Origin: Guillardia theta CCMP2712
Taxonomy: Eukaryota > Protista > Cryptophyta
Direction of reading: 5' to 3'
Assembly (NCBI RefSeq): GCF_000315625.1
Contig: NW_005434617.1
Location: forward strand, 241,757 to 305,756
DNA length: 64,000 bases
The position numbers and the translations under genes were made by a program. Shown here piece after piece: positions 26,439 through 39,341 of the stretch. Numbering within the stretch: position 1 is the stretch's first letter; each line of letters starts with the position of its first letter. Below the pieces are notes generated by a model. That model worked only from the letters and a program-made list of their open reading frames with translations. It was not told the origin of the DNA and ran no database searches.

Positions 26439-28547
26439 TCAGGGTTGCTCTTCGCCCTCTTGCCGCTCCCCTGCCTCCTGCAGCTTCTCAAACTGTTCGA
26501 TGCGATCATGGACTAGCCCGGGCTGCACCTTCCTGTTTGGCCCCTTGAGGGGCCTGGAGGGCCGGGCAGAACGTGGTTTATCCTTGGAGTCGGGCGTGAC
26601 CTCGTCATTCTCCGCGCTGCCCATTGCCAGCTCTGCAGTCTCTTCCATTGACTGCTCGCCCCGATCCTCTTCAAGCTTCATCCCAGCCATTGGTGTCCCT
26701 AAAGTCTCCCCTTCCTCCTCCTCGTCCGGCATGGGGGAGGTAGAGAAGCGGCTTCCAGGACGACTGGCGGTGGAACCAACTCCAGGGGACTCGCGCGATC
26801 TCTCCGCATCTGTCGAGTCCACCGAGGTCCTCCCAGCTGCTGGCGGCTCGTAGAATCGGTGAGGATGGTAGTCGTACGAGACGGGAGAAATCGCGCTCAA
26901 GGGAGAGGGAGTGATTTCTCCCGCAGCTCCTGCTTGAAAGAGGTCACACATCGTCACACACATGCTTTAAAGATGGAACCTGGACTGAACTTGGCAGCCC
27001 GAGTCCCCGGCGAGTCCGAAGCCTCGAACGAAGTCTCCCAAGAAGCCGGAAGCCATGGGTCCACCACCGGCGGAAGTTCTTGGGAGGGATCACGCTCGAG
27101 AGCAAGGGGCTCCAGATGTTGTGCGGCCCTGCAAGAAGCGTCAGCTCATGTAAAACAGCGGAGAAGTTGATCTGACTTGGATCGTGGCAGCTCGTTGCTT
27201 TCCCTGTTGTTCTCTTCTACGCCCGCGCCCTCGTCTCTGTTGATGGGGGTGTCAAAATGTTTTCGTCTCTTTGATCGGGGTGTCGTCGTTACTGAGACTC
27301 TCACCGTTCGAGTTTGTCACGTTTTAAGTCGAGCGAATTTGAACCTGATAAATTCCAACCAAACAATCAACTTCTTAACAACATTGTCTGATTGAACAGA
27401 AAGGTGTAGGGAGGATCCGACCTGTCCGCATTCCGCTGAGAATCTCCTTTATCTTCGCTTTCTTCTCCTACAAAGAAGTTTCACAACTTCCGCGTTTCAG
27501 TCGGATAGATTGCCCTCACTACCTTGCCAGTCATCTCTCCTCGCGGTTTGCTTCGACGCTCCTTGCCCAACTTCTTGCGACTTTTCTTCTCCACCTCCTT
27601 GGTTTGCGGTTGATTCAATGCATCATTGTGCCTTCTGCCCGAGGAATCAACAAATATCGACGGGAACCTTTGATCGGCATGTTCCTATCAGCATCCATCT
27701 CCACCATTCTCACCACTCTCACCGGGTCGGCTCAAACTCAAAGCGGCTGTCCCAATCGGTAGACCTACTGACACCGCTGGAGCCGCTGATGCTCTGCCTC
27801 CTTTCCGCGAGATAATCCAGCGGCGAGCGCTTCTTGCTCGAGTTCCACCCTATCTCAATCGAGCTGATGCTTGCGTCACCAAGACTGTGCCTCTCAGCCA
27901 GCATCTGATCCTTCATCAGTTTCCTTCTGGATCTGCAGGACGTGGAATTACCTTCAACTTCTGATCTTTCAGCCTCCTGTAGAGCGATCGATGATATTCG
28001 TCCATGGGATGTTCCCATTGAGTGTGATCCGTTCTGGAGCGAGAGTGACGTGAGCAACTCAATCATGGCATGATATTCTTCACCTTCTGTTGTAGAAATA
28101 TACTCGGCCGTCTCTTGCCTCATGCTCGCTCCAATTTTTTGGCAACGGGGCAATCATCGCCTCTACTGCAATCCAAAGGAACTCCTCGTCCTCTTCGGGG
28201 TCCATGCCCAGGTAAACTGCAAACGCTGTGACCTCTTTGATGAGAGCGTCCGCTTGCTCATCGGTCAGCGTCGAAACTCTTCTTTGCTTGGCTCCAGCTT
28301 TCCTCCGTGAGGCATCCGCAATGGAGCGTTCAGTCTCGTCTGATGCATCAGACTCGGTGGAGTCAGAGGACGTTTCTGATTCATCTTGTCTTGTTCTCCC
28401 AACAAGGCGTAGAAGTTTCGCAGCCCATCCGGCATTTTGGTCCTGCGATTTGCGAACAGGTTGATTCTTGGCGGCAGTGTTCTGCTTCTTAGCCGTAAGG
28501 CGAGGGAGACGATCCGTGAATGCCGGGTAGAGCTTGAAATGTTTCAT
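26439..28547 (-). CDS. CEP164-like N-terminal WW-domain protein with a long disordered tail
   Basis: EVTAFAVYLGMDPEEDEEFLWIAVEAMIAPLPKNWSEHEARDGRVYFYNRR spliced (intron 28034-28083) to TDHTQWEHPMDEYHRSLY matches the CEP164 N-terminal helical bundle plus WW. Confidence 0.75.
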
Positions 28548-29476
28548 GATGTATCAAAAACAAATTCTGCTGCGTTTAATGCTGGAATTCATCGTCCATG
28601 ATTGACAAATAATGAACTCAGCCATGCACTGTTTTGAGATTCAAATCCATTGGATCTTGCTGTATGTCTTCGCCTGCGAAACAAAGCATATCAGATGGAT
28701 CAGTATGCGAACAAGGAAGGCTCAAGACAGGGCATAACCAACATTTACTCAGTACTTCGTCGACAGTGATTAGCGGTAATGGGCAAAGACAAATAAAGAA
28801 AGTCGTTTCAGGCAAGGAAAGGGTAGGATTGAAGAACAGGGTGAGGAGGTAGCAGCAGGGAAGGGAAGGAGACAATATAGGAGAGGGAAGAAAGAGAGAG
28901 AGAGAGTGGATCACAGGAGAGGATTGAAGAGAAACAGAGGTAGTAGGAGGGTAGCATGGATAGTAAGGGGCAGGGGCGAGGACATAGCGAAGTTATGTTT
29001 GGAGGGAAGGAGGAGGGGTCTGGGGTCGTCACTGAGAGGTTGGGTCAACAGAGGGGGTGGTCAAAGGAATTAGGTATTTAGCAGGGGTATTTATTAGGGA
29101 AAACGTGGGGTACTGGCTATAATGGAGAGGCCCAGATTGAAAAGCAAACCCGCCTCAGAGACCGCTTTTAACTCATCAGAGGGAGGGGGGTAGGGTGGAG
29201 TACCCTACTTTGCTTTGGCGGGAAAGAAAGTTTGTGGCATGGAGGGAAAGGTGCGGATGGAATTCACGCAGATGTTGGAGACGTACATTTAGAGGGGAAG
29301 AAAGAAAGCAGGTTGAGAAAGAAATAGGACAGATTTGAAGCTTTTCGAGTTTGAATTGTCATCATGATTTGATTTTTATGGATTTATGCAGAGGCAAAGG
29401 ATAAACATCCTTACTGCTATATCGAAAGATCAAGGAGCGCGATCGTGGCTGATTTCAAAATCGTGTATAATTCGAG

Positions 29477-30636
29477 ATGAATTCTGGAATTGTTCACATG
29501 CAGGAGGACGAATCAGGGATCCAACAGATGATAAACTCAAGATTTCATCGGCCCAAGCGGTTTCTGGTATGCCTGGCATTGGCTGCAGTTGATGTCGACG
29601 AAGAACGCGACCGAAAAAAAGCGAAGACTGATGATGAACTAGAATCCCTTCTTAAATCTCCAGAAATCAAATTGCAAGACAAGCTTTGTATGGCCAAGAT
29701 TTTGTTGGCACAGTTACAATCAGCGCGCCTAGGATCCGATACACACAAGTTGGTCGACAATCGGTTTCGAGAACTTTTGCATGATTGCATTCCACCGCTT
29801 ACTCGACGTGAGAAAAACACCATGCACGATGATATGATTTTGTTCATGGAGATCGTGATGGACCTGATACACATCGAAGAGAACAAAACTGAATTCTCGG
29901 AGGATTCATCAGTTAGCATCATCAAATGGAACGAGCTTGCAGAAAAGTTCGTTAACTCTGTGATTTCTGCATACTTGGGCCAATTGCACGCAAATCAGTT
30001 CTTCAGAAAACCGGATTTTCAAGAAAGTACAAATGATCATGAAGATGAGTGCATCACGGATTACTTTGAGATTCAAGGCTCTCGGCAGGTCTATCACTTC
30101 AAATCCATCAGATATCGACAACTAACAAAAATGTTCTGTTTTTTCCCCCAGAAAGTCTTAGTTTCTTTCGCTGATGCACATCCCTGGCTGGCTTGTTGTA
30201 CCATAGTTGAGGTAGTAATGTCAACAGCGGAGGTGATGTCTGGATGATCCCGTTTACAAGTTCTAAAGCTGACGTTTCAAACGGCAAATAGGCGCTCAAT
30301 GAAATGTCCTGGCATGATGCTTCAGCCGAAGAAATAGTTACCAACTCGAGCCTTGCCCTCGATATTATCCAGATCCTTGCATCGCAGTTGTCAGGGAAAA
30401 TTTTCAGTTTCAGACATACGGCTCATATGATCTGGACAGACCTGATGTCAAAGCTTGAGCGATCCATTGGAATACTTTTGAAAGTAGCATACGGTCGAAA
30501 ATGTGGTATCGAGAATCCTTTACTGTTCTTTCAGATCATTGAGGTGATTTTGATGCATTATCTCGTTCGATTCGACAAGTTAACCCCGTGTGTCAACAAC
30601 AGACTATGTCGCATTGTTCACAGATTGAGGGAATAG
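29477..30636 (+). CDS. Uncharacterised helical protein in an AT-richer segment
   Basis: 256-aa and 110-aa non-repetitive ORFs in tandem, probably joined by introns; no motif recognised. Confidence 0.4.
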
Positions 30637-31861
30637 AAGCAAGCAAGCTTTTGTCATAAAGATTCTCCTCAGCCCGATGACACGTCAACCTCATCCGAAC
30701 ACCCATCCCCTTCGCCTTCAGCTCACTTCCTCTCTTTGTATTTAACTCAGCTCCCGAGCCTTTCCCGGACCCACCCCTGCTCCTCCCTCTACCCACCCCT
30801 GTTACTCCGTCTAGTTGGACCACCATGTGGTATCCTGTGCTGATCTTCATCCTGCCATGAGCCTAGAACCCCCCTTTTTCTAATGTATCTCAGGGGGTAG
30901 GGTGAGTGGTCAGCACTGTCCCGCTTGTCGGGCCTTAAAACGTTTTTGGATCAAACGAGACTAAAATTTTCTAAATATTTATAATTAGTATCAGAATAAT
31001 TACACAAGAAGACTGTCAGTACAAAGTATCAGATAATATTTTTTTAATTGATAAATTCATAGAAACTAGCATCCAAGATACTACCAAGAATGTAGAATCA
31101 AACTTAATATATATATAAAACAATTCCAATCCGCTTTAAAAATGATTGCTATCGAATTGTACAATCATGTACCCTACCCCCCAATTCCAATGACTTGACG
31201 GGGTCATGGTAGCACGGGTGGCCTCAAAGACGTCCGCGCTGCTATGGTTGGGAACCTGCTCGGGAGGGGGCCATGCACGAGCGCCGGGCAGCGGGGAGAT
31301 GATGAGATGATGGGAGGAGGAGGGAGGGAGAAGAAGAGTCTGTGCGAACTTGCTGCGGTGTATGCCTCATTTTCAGCTGTGTGGTCGCTCATGAGATGGC
31401 TCCACTCTTTTGCACCCCTGCATTTCCCTTTCCTTTGGTTCGATGATAACTGGTGTCAAATGCGAGCGATGCGGATGAAATTTCTCTTCGTGCAAAATTT
31501 AGTAGTCGTTTGAAGTTGCCTCGAGCATACAAACAACTTTTCCTGTCCTTGCAATGTTCAAGTTTGCTCTGATTCTTTAGCTTTGACTCATCCCTAGCAC
31601 ACGATGTACATACTTGCAGCACTGATATATGCATATGCAGGAGGAAGCGTGAACGCCATGATGTTTCTTGACCACTCAAGCAAAGAGGGAAGATGATAAA
31701 CAGTATCTTTGCTCCGTATGAGGGAACGAACGCAAATGCGAAGAGATTAGCAGGCAATCCCACTTCCAGATGTGACTGTGCCATAGACTAGCAGGTTGTG
31801 CCTCCTGGTGACTGTATGAGTCGTTTGAGTCCTTATAGCATTTGATCTAGAGGCGGACAAC

Positions 31862-34800
31862 ATGTCCAATGACAGGCCAGGCTCGGGCTTTCTGCCTACT
31901 TTCAACTTGAACCCGATGCTTGCCCTTCCTACCAACGCGATCCCCACAAAGCGAGGCGGTGCTGTAGGAGGCCATGACGGGAACGACATTGGATCCATGT
32001 TGCCGGCTGCAAGCATCTCACACTCGATGATGAGCTTGCAGCACGGGAACCTGGCGAATGCAGGGCTGCACAGCAACATGGCGTCGCTCGGCCTCCAGCA
32101 GGCTGCCCTGCAGAACGCCAGCCTGTCGATGATGGGGAACGCGAACGGCATGTTTGGTGGAGGAGACTTGCTGAGCAAGCTGCAGTCGACTATGGGCTTC
32201 CCAACTGCGGCGAGAGACGCCATGCTCACGAACGCTGGAGTCGTGAGCTGGGGCATGCCGGGGTTTTCTCTTCAGGGTCAAGACCTGCGGGGCGGGGGAG
32301 GTATGAGCTTGGCAGGGGCAGCAGGGCTGGCAAGTGCAGCCAATGAGCAGATGCTGCAGCGACTGAACCTTCAGAGCATCATGCTACAGAACTTGGGACA
32401 CATGGATCGGGCAGGCGTGCCCTTGCAGCCCGAACTGGGGACGGGGAGACTGCATGCTCAAGAGATGCTGCAGTCTAACGGGTCCTCTTACCAGGATGAG
32501 ATCTTGGAGATGTCACAGCCGAGAGAGGAAGAAGAACTTGTGGCAAGGGCTCAGATGGGAGTGGTGGACCAAGATCACGCAGAGGCCGAAGAAGCGAGCT
32601 ATGAAGCCGAGGTTGGGTCTCTGATCCCGATCCGTCTCCTCTGACCCTGCCTTGCAGGCGGAATTCCAGCAATCGTCCCCATCATCCAAGAAGAGAAAGA
32701 AATCAGAAAAGAGCCAGAAGGTGAAAGAAGAGGAAGACTTGGATATGCCAGACGCAGAGGTGCAGGAGGAGGAGGAGGCGCACGAGCATGCCGGGAAGTC
32801 CTCCTCGCACAAGTCTGCGAAAGAGTCCAAGAAGTCAGGATGCGCTGGGAGTGGTGGTGGGATCGTGCTGGGAAGGGGTCCACGAAATGACTTCCACTCG
32901 GCTCTGGAGACTCTGATTGGATCAAGGATTTACGTGCACGGGACAGGAGGGGCGAAAGGGGTGAGGAAGGACGGGATCCTCTGTAAGGTAGGAGACGCGG
33001 TGCGGGTGGAGAGCGAGGGGACCGTGATGGGGCTGAATGACTTCTGCGCCTCGGCACAGAACTCGAAGAAGCGACCGAGGGACTGTGTCCGCCTCGCTGA
33101 CTCTGGGATGAGCCTGAAGCAGGCGACTGAGTCGATGATTGGAGTGCTGCCGCCGGCGGCACCCAAGAAGGCTGAGGGTCAGCGAGGGAACGGGAAGTCA
33201 GGAGACGCTGCGAACTTGGCCGAGGACCGGGAGGACGAGTCGTCCGATGACAACAGCAGCGTCAAGAGCGACGACGAGAAGGAGCCGAGTCATCCCGAGG
33301 TGGAGGAGAAAGCAGCAGCGGTCGTGAAGAAGAAAGAGAGCAAGCTAGTCATCAGCAAGTGCCCCGAGCTGCTGGCCAGCTCGCACCTGTATAAGTCGGA
33401 GGAGGAGGTCGGGCACGAGTATGACCGGGCTAAGGTCGACTTCACTCTAGTCCTCCCCTGCGCCAGCAACAAGGGCAACCAGTCGGCGGCGCAGGAGAAG
33501 CATGTGCTCGACATGAAGCTGTGCCTGAACATGCTGAAGATGATCATGAACCACAAGTTTGGCCCGCTGTTCTGCGAGCCCTTCCGCACTGCTCAGGAGT
33601 CTGACGTCAAGAAGAGAGTCTCGCAGCCCATCGACCTCATCAGGATCAAGGAGAACCTCGAGGAAGGGAGGTACCAAGACCCCTCCGAGTTCAGCGCACA
33701 CGTCCGGCTCATCTTTCATAATGCAAAACTCCTCTACCCTCAGGGATCTGCCATGCTAGGTTCCTCCTCCTCCTCCTCCTCCTCCTCCTCCTCCTCCTCC
33801 TCCGTTTCTTATCCTTCTTCTCCTGTTTCTTGTCCTGCTTCTCCCCTTCTTTCTGCTTTCTTTCCTTTTACCCCTCCTTTTTCCTCATCTTCCGTTACCA
33901 CCAATTTGACTTCTATGTCTTGTCCCTGACCGCTTCTGCAGACTGTGCAGATTCTGTTTCCCAGCTCTTCGAGTCGAAGTTCGATTCGATCGAGTCGCAT
34001 GCTGTCAAGGAGAACGCTGAGACCTTTAAGAAGTTGCCTGCCGAGCTCAAGGATGTGCCGCAGAGATTTCTAGACTGGTCGACTCCCTCCCTCCCTCCCT
34101 CCCTCCCTCCCTCGTTCTCTGCCTGCCTGCCTGCCTGCCTCTCTGCACTCAGTCTCCCTGCCTGCATCCCTTCTGACGTCTCCCCCTTCCCCTGTGTCCC
34201 TTCTTCTCTTCTTTCTATGATCGCTTCCTTCTCATGCTCTCTTGCAGCTGGTTCATCATGGACAGCAACGGCGAGTTCCTTGCGCCATGGCACGCCGGCG
34301 ACGCGTCACAGCCCGGCGGAGTCTTCGGCCTCCTGCTGGCGGCAGGGCCAGGGAAGGGAGAGGGAGGGGAAGGCGACTCGGACTCGCTGGAGATTCGGCT
34401 GGAGGCCCCGGACGAGTGGCACGTGCAGTGCTTGGACATGACGGGCTGCAAACTCCCTCAGTTCTGGATCCGCGGAGACTCTCATGCCGGGCCCGTGTGG
34501 TACCAGCTGGGAAGCCCGCTGGAGATGTACAGGTGGGAGACGGGGAGGGAGAGGAGAAGAGATGGAGGGATGGGGGGTCAGGAGGGGAGGGGAAGAGGAG
34601 AGGGAGGGAGAGGCAAGGGAAGGAAGTGAATGGAATGGGCAGGCCTTTTCTGAGGAGGGAATGCACTTGGTTGATGGCGAGCTACCGGATCTGCTCGTTC
34701 CTGCAATCGTGCCCGAAGGCCTCGTACGAGGAGGTGAATCCTTTTCCTCCACCCCCCTGCTGCCTGGCCTCTCCGGCGCTCCTCTCCCTCTTTCCGCCCC

Positions 34801-35505
34801 CTTTCCTTGTCTTCTCCTTTTTGTCCTACTGCTGCCCCTTCTCTCTCCCCCTCTCCCCCTTTCTCCCTCCTCCTCGTTTTCCTTTCCTACCTCATGATTT
34901 CTCCTCCACAACCCCCGTCTTGCTCGCTCTCACATCCCATTCTCCCGGTTCTGTCCTGTCCTCAAGTGTCAACAGGTGTGCGAGGTGCTAGCAGGGAAGA
35001 ACTGGAAGTCAGGAGGGAAGAAGTTGAGGCCTCTTGTCATGGTTTCCTCCTCCTCCGTTTCCTTCCTCTCCCTCAAAACTTCTGCAGGACCTTGTCTTGG
35101 ATAGAGCAGACAAGATTGTTGAGGTAGGCCTCCTCCTTCCACTAACATCATCCACCACCACCACCAGCCTCCTCCTCCTCCTCCCCCTTCCCCCTCCTCA
35201 CACTAGCACTCTTCTGCTCCTGCTCTGCTGCCTTGGTCCTCATCCTCTTGCATTCCTTACTCACCTGTTCTCCTTCGCCTCTTCCTGTCAACCCTCTCGC
35301 ATCTCGCTCCCCTCACTCTCATTTGCAGGAAGTAGCGTTGCTCAACCCCAAGCTCACATCGCACAGATTCCTACTGACTCTGCTAGCACGGCAAAGCAAG
35401 GTAACTAAGTTCCTGATGCAGTCCTTTCTTCTCCTTATCATTCTCCTCCTCACCTCTCCTCCTCCCCCCTTCCCTTTCTCCTTCTTGTCTCAGTCCTCGT
35501 CTTGA
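31862..35505 (+). CDS. Chromatin reader: low-complexity N-terminus, SAND/TDBD-like domain, atypical bromodomain, DNMT1-RFTS-like domain (multi-exon)
   Basis: Introns 32612-32657, 33760-33941, 34078-34247 and later ones splice in frame. Bromo: CLNMLKMIMNHKFGPLFCEP...QPIDLIRIKENLEEGRYQDPSEFSAHVRLIFHNAK. RFTS-like: VPQRFLDCWFIMDSNGE...IRLEAPDEWHV...PQFWIR...WYQLGSPLEMYRPF...ICSFLQSCPKASYEE. Confidence 0.8.
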
Positions 35506-36102
35506 CCCTCCTTCCCCCTCCTCCTGCTCCTTCCTCCTCCTCTTGCTCCTCCGTCCTCCTCCTCCTTCCTCCTCTTCGCACTTCTTCCTCAAACTTCAAG
35601 TGAGTACTGAAGGACCTCCAGTATCTCCGTCGCAAGTTCATTCGCACCAGCACCTGGGGAGGGCAGGAGAGAGGGGCCGAGCATGGTGAGACGTCTAGTC
35701 TTGTCGCTACTCGTCTCATCCTCTCCTATCAGACTCTCAGGAGCACTGACTGACATTGGCCTTGTACCTTTACATTTGCATATATCCTCTTCCCCTCCCT
35801 CCTCCCTCTCGTCCTCGTCCTCGCTCCTCTCTGCTTCGAATCTTGTCCCATCCGCCTTTGTCTTCCTTCCCTCACTTAGTTTCTTGATTGAGCTTCTTTT
35901 TCTTCTTCTGCTCATTTTGATCTCATTTAACATGTCGATAGCAAATCTTTGACTTTGTTACATTCGCCTCAACCCCAAAACATACTATACACTCCTCCTC
36001 CTCCCTCCACCGCCACTACTACTACCGCTAACCAGCAGCTCTTACCACCACCACCACCTCCTCCTCCTCCTCCTCCTCCTCCTCCTTTCTTCCGTCTTCC
36101 CT

Positions 36103-36534
36103 TCACACATGAAAGACTGGCTGCACTCTCTTGACCGGCTGCTGACAAATGTCGCACTTCTTGACTCCCTTAGCACATTTGCGGCACCTGCAGCCCGTAA
36201 GACTTGAGGGGAGGAGGACGAGGAGAAGTAGTCTAGAAGAGAATGGGTAGAGGCAGGGGCAGGGGCAGGGGCAGGGGCAGGGGCAGGGGCAGAGGCAACT
36301 TACAAAAGCAGGGGCAGGGGCAAGGGCAAGGGCAGGGGCAACTTACAAGATTCGATGACCGCAAGGGACGAGGACGGTTTCGATGGCTCTACGGGCACAT
36401 TTCTACAAAACGATCAATGGAGGAGGAGCGTGAGGAGGAGGGGCAAGAATAGGGGAAGGGACGGTCGTGAGAGGAGGGAAAGGAGAGGGAAGGAGAGGAG
36501 AGTGAGAAAGATCAGAGAAGAGGGAACGAGATGA

Positions 36535-36572
<38 letters not shown>

Positions 36573-37008
36573 TAGGAGGAGGAGGAGGAGGAGGAGGAGG
36601 AGGACCTTGCAGCAGAAGTAGTCAAGCTTCACATCCACCTTCTCTTCACTTGGATCCTCTGGATCCTGAAAGTTCCGTCAGCCTCCCCATCCAGCCTGCA
36701 GCACTCCTTACCACAGTAGCTCCCCTCCTTCCACCAGCCTCCTCGTCCTCCTTCCCCTCCCTATCTGTCTCCTCCCTCTCCTCCTCTTCCTTTCCCTCTT
36801 CCTTCTCCTGCTGTTTCTCCAAGAGCTCTTGCTCTTTCTTGCCCTCCACGTCTTCCGACCCGCCTGCCTTTTCCCCGCCCTTAGCTGCTGCCTCTCGTTC
36901 CACCTCCTGCGGTCGCTCCCTCTCGCTCTCGGTCGAGTCTTGATCCTCCGCACCCGCGGACAGCTGCGAGGAGATGAGAGAAGCAGGAGAAGGAGCAGGA
37001 GCAGGAGA

Positions 37009-37052
<44 letters not shown>

Positions 37053-38087
37053 CAGGAGTCGACGTGCCCACCTTTCCCTTCCTCAGAACGCTCATGCGCA
37101 GAGCCTCCTAAGATCCAGAGTGAGGAGGGGGGATGAGGCGAACAGAGAAGATGAGAGAAAGAATGAGGAGCAGAAGGAGCACGAGCAGGAAGCAGGAAGC
37201 AAGAGGACCTTGACGGAGGGGGGAATGTAGCCCTTCATGTTCTCAAGGTCATCAGCTTCTCCGTAACTGAGACAAACTCAACAAGAACGCGAGGAAGCAG
37301 AGGAGAAATCAAGAAGAAAGAAGAGAGAGAAGAAACAAACACGACAAGCACAAACTCTTTAGAACAGAGGAGACAAGAGAAAAGAAAAGAAGTCGAACAC
37401 AAAATACAGAAGTAAACAGCAGTACACGCAATCCAGCAAGACAGACAGGAAGGAAACAAGACAAGAACTCACTCTGACGACGCGTCGCTCTCCTCCTCCT
37501 CCTCCCCCATCAGCCGCTCGTCTCGCTGCAGCAAGTTAGCTCGAGCTCGATCGTGTCCTCTCCAACCTCCTGGTCGCTGAAGCGAGATAGGGGCAAGCAG
37601 CACAAGAGGGCGAGGAGGAAGCCCCAGGAGCTGCTCCTGTCCATCAGCTCCAAGGTGACAGCACAAGCAACCTCGTACCCTTGCGGTGCGTGGTTTGTAG
37701 CGAAGAAGCGGAGGTTGAGACTGGAAGGTGTGTCAGTGGGGATTTGATGGAGGAGACGCAAGGAGCAAAGAAGAAGAGAGGAGGGAAGGGAGGGGGGAGG
37801 AGAAGAGGGAAGTTGAGAGAATGGGAGAAGAGGGGGAAGAGAGAAAAGGAGAAGCAGAGGAGAGGAGGAGAGGAGGAGAAGAGGAGGAGGGAGAGGGAAG
37901 GGGGGGGGGGGGGGAAGAGAAAGAGAGGGAGCGAGCGAGCGAGAGAGAGAGAGAGAGAGAGAGAGGGCACAGAAAAGGACAGGACAGGACAGGAGAGCTC
38001 ATTGCGCACCTGCACACGCAACAACACAAGAAGCAGAGCGAAAAGATCCCAAGGCAGATGATGGTCACAACCCCCGCCTGTGAAAAA

Positions 38088-38118
<31 letters not shown>

Positions 38119-38450
38119 TCCGTTTCCATCATCTCCACCACCTTCAACACCTATACCTGCTCCAAAATCACGACTCTCACCTGCTCAAAAGCACATCGTT
38201 GCACTCCTCCTGGACAATCATCGTCGTCGTTGCAACTTCCATAAGGATCACAAGATAGAACGAATGAGCAGCAGCAGCAGCAGCTCCTACTTGAGACACA
38301 GGTGATTCTGTTCCGACCAGTCGTACAGCAGGCAGAATCCAGGTTGGCAGCTCGTCACACTGCAGACCTGACCACCACCCGTAAGCCGTCAGACTCGCTC
38401 AGCATCCTTCCTTCCTCCTCCCTCTCATCCTCCTCTCATCTCAGAACAAA

Positions 38451-38492
<42 letters not shown>

Positions 38493-39233
38493 TTACCTGA
38501 CCGCAGCTTCCTGTATTGTCCCCTGTTCAATCGGAAGTCAGAAATACTTCTCCTTCTCCTCCTCTCCCTCCTTCCTCCTTCCTCCTCTTCCCTCACCATC
38601 TTCACATCCAGCGTTGGGGTTGCCGAAGTAAATGCTCTCTCCTCCCATCGAAACGCTAGTCGCAACACCAGCAACGCTCTCACTCTCACTGCATCATCAA
38701 CATCATCACACTTCCCTCCTTGTCCTCGTCCCCCCCCCCCCCACTCCCTTCCTCTCCAGCCACACCTTGCTGATCGAACGTTGGCAACGATCTTGCAGAC
38801 CGTCGTCTGCTGCTTCAGGGCTGTTGTGCTGAGTGACAGGTGAGGAGAGACGAGGAACGAGGAGGAGAGGGAGGCGGATCCACCTGCAGTCGATGAGGAG
38901 AGAAGCTCTGTTCACGTCATCCCCAGCTACCACCCGAACTGTGTACGCCTGCTCCTGCTGCGTGACGAACGTCCCAGCTGGCCGGGCTCGTCACACGCAG
39001 CCACGTCATCACTTTCTTAGCTCACCGAGCTGGCTGGAGCAGCAGTCCATGTCGTGCTTGCAGCAGATCTCATGGGAGTCGAAGACCTGAGGGAAGTCAG
39101 ACACGGCGAGACCGAGGGGATCAGGAGTGCTAGTGTCGATCCACACGCTCAGGAGAAACAGCCGCAGATATGAGGAGACTGACGGATGAGGGGCAGGAGC
39201 GGGAGCGGGAGCGGGAGCGGGAGCAGGAGCAGG

Positions 39234-39298
<65 letters not shown>

Positions 39299-39299
39299 T

Positions 39300-39341
<42 letters not shown>

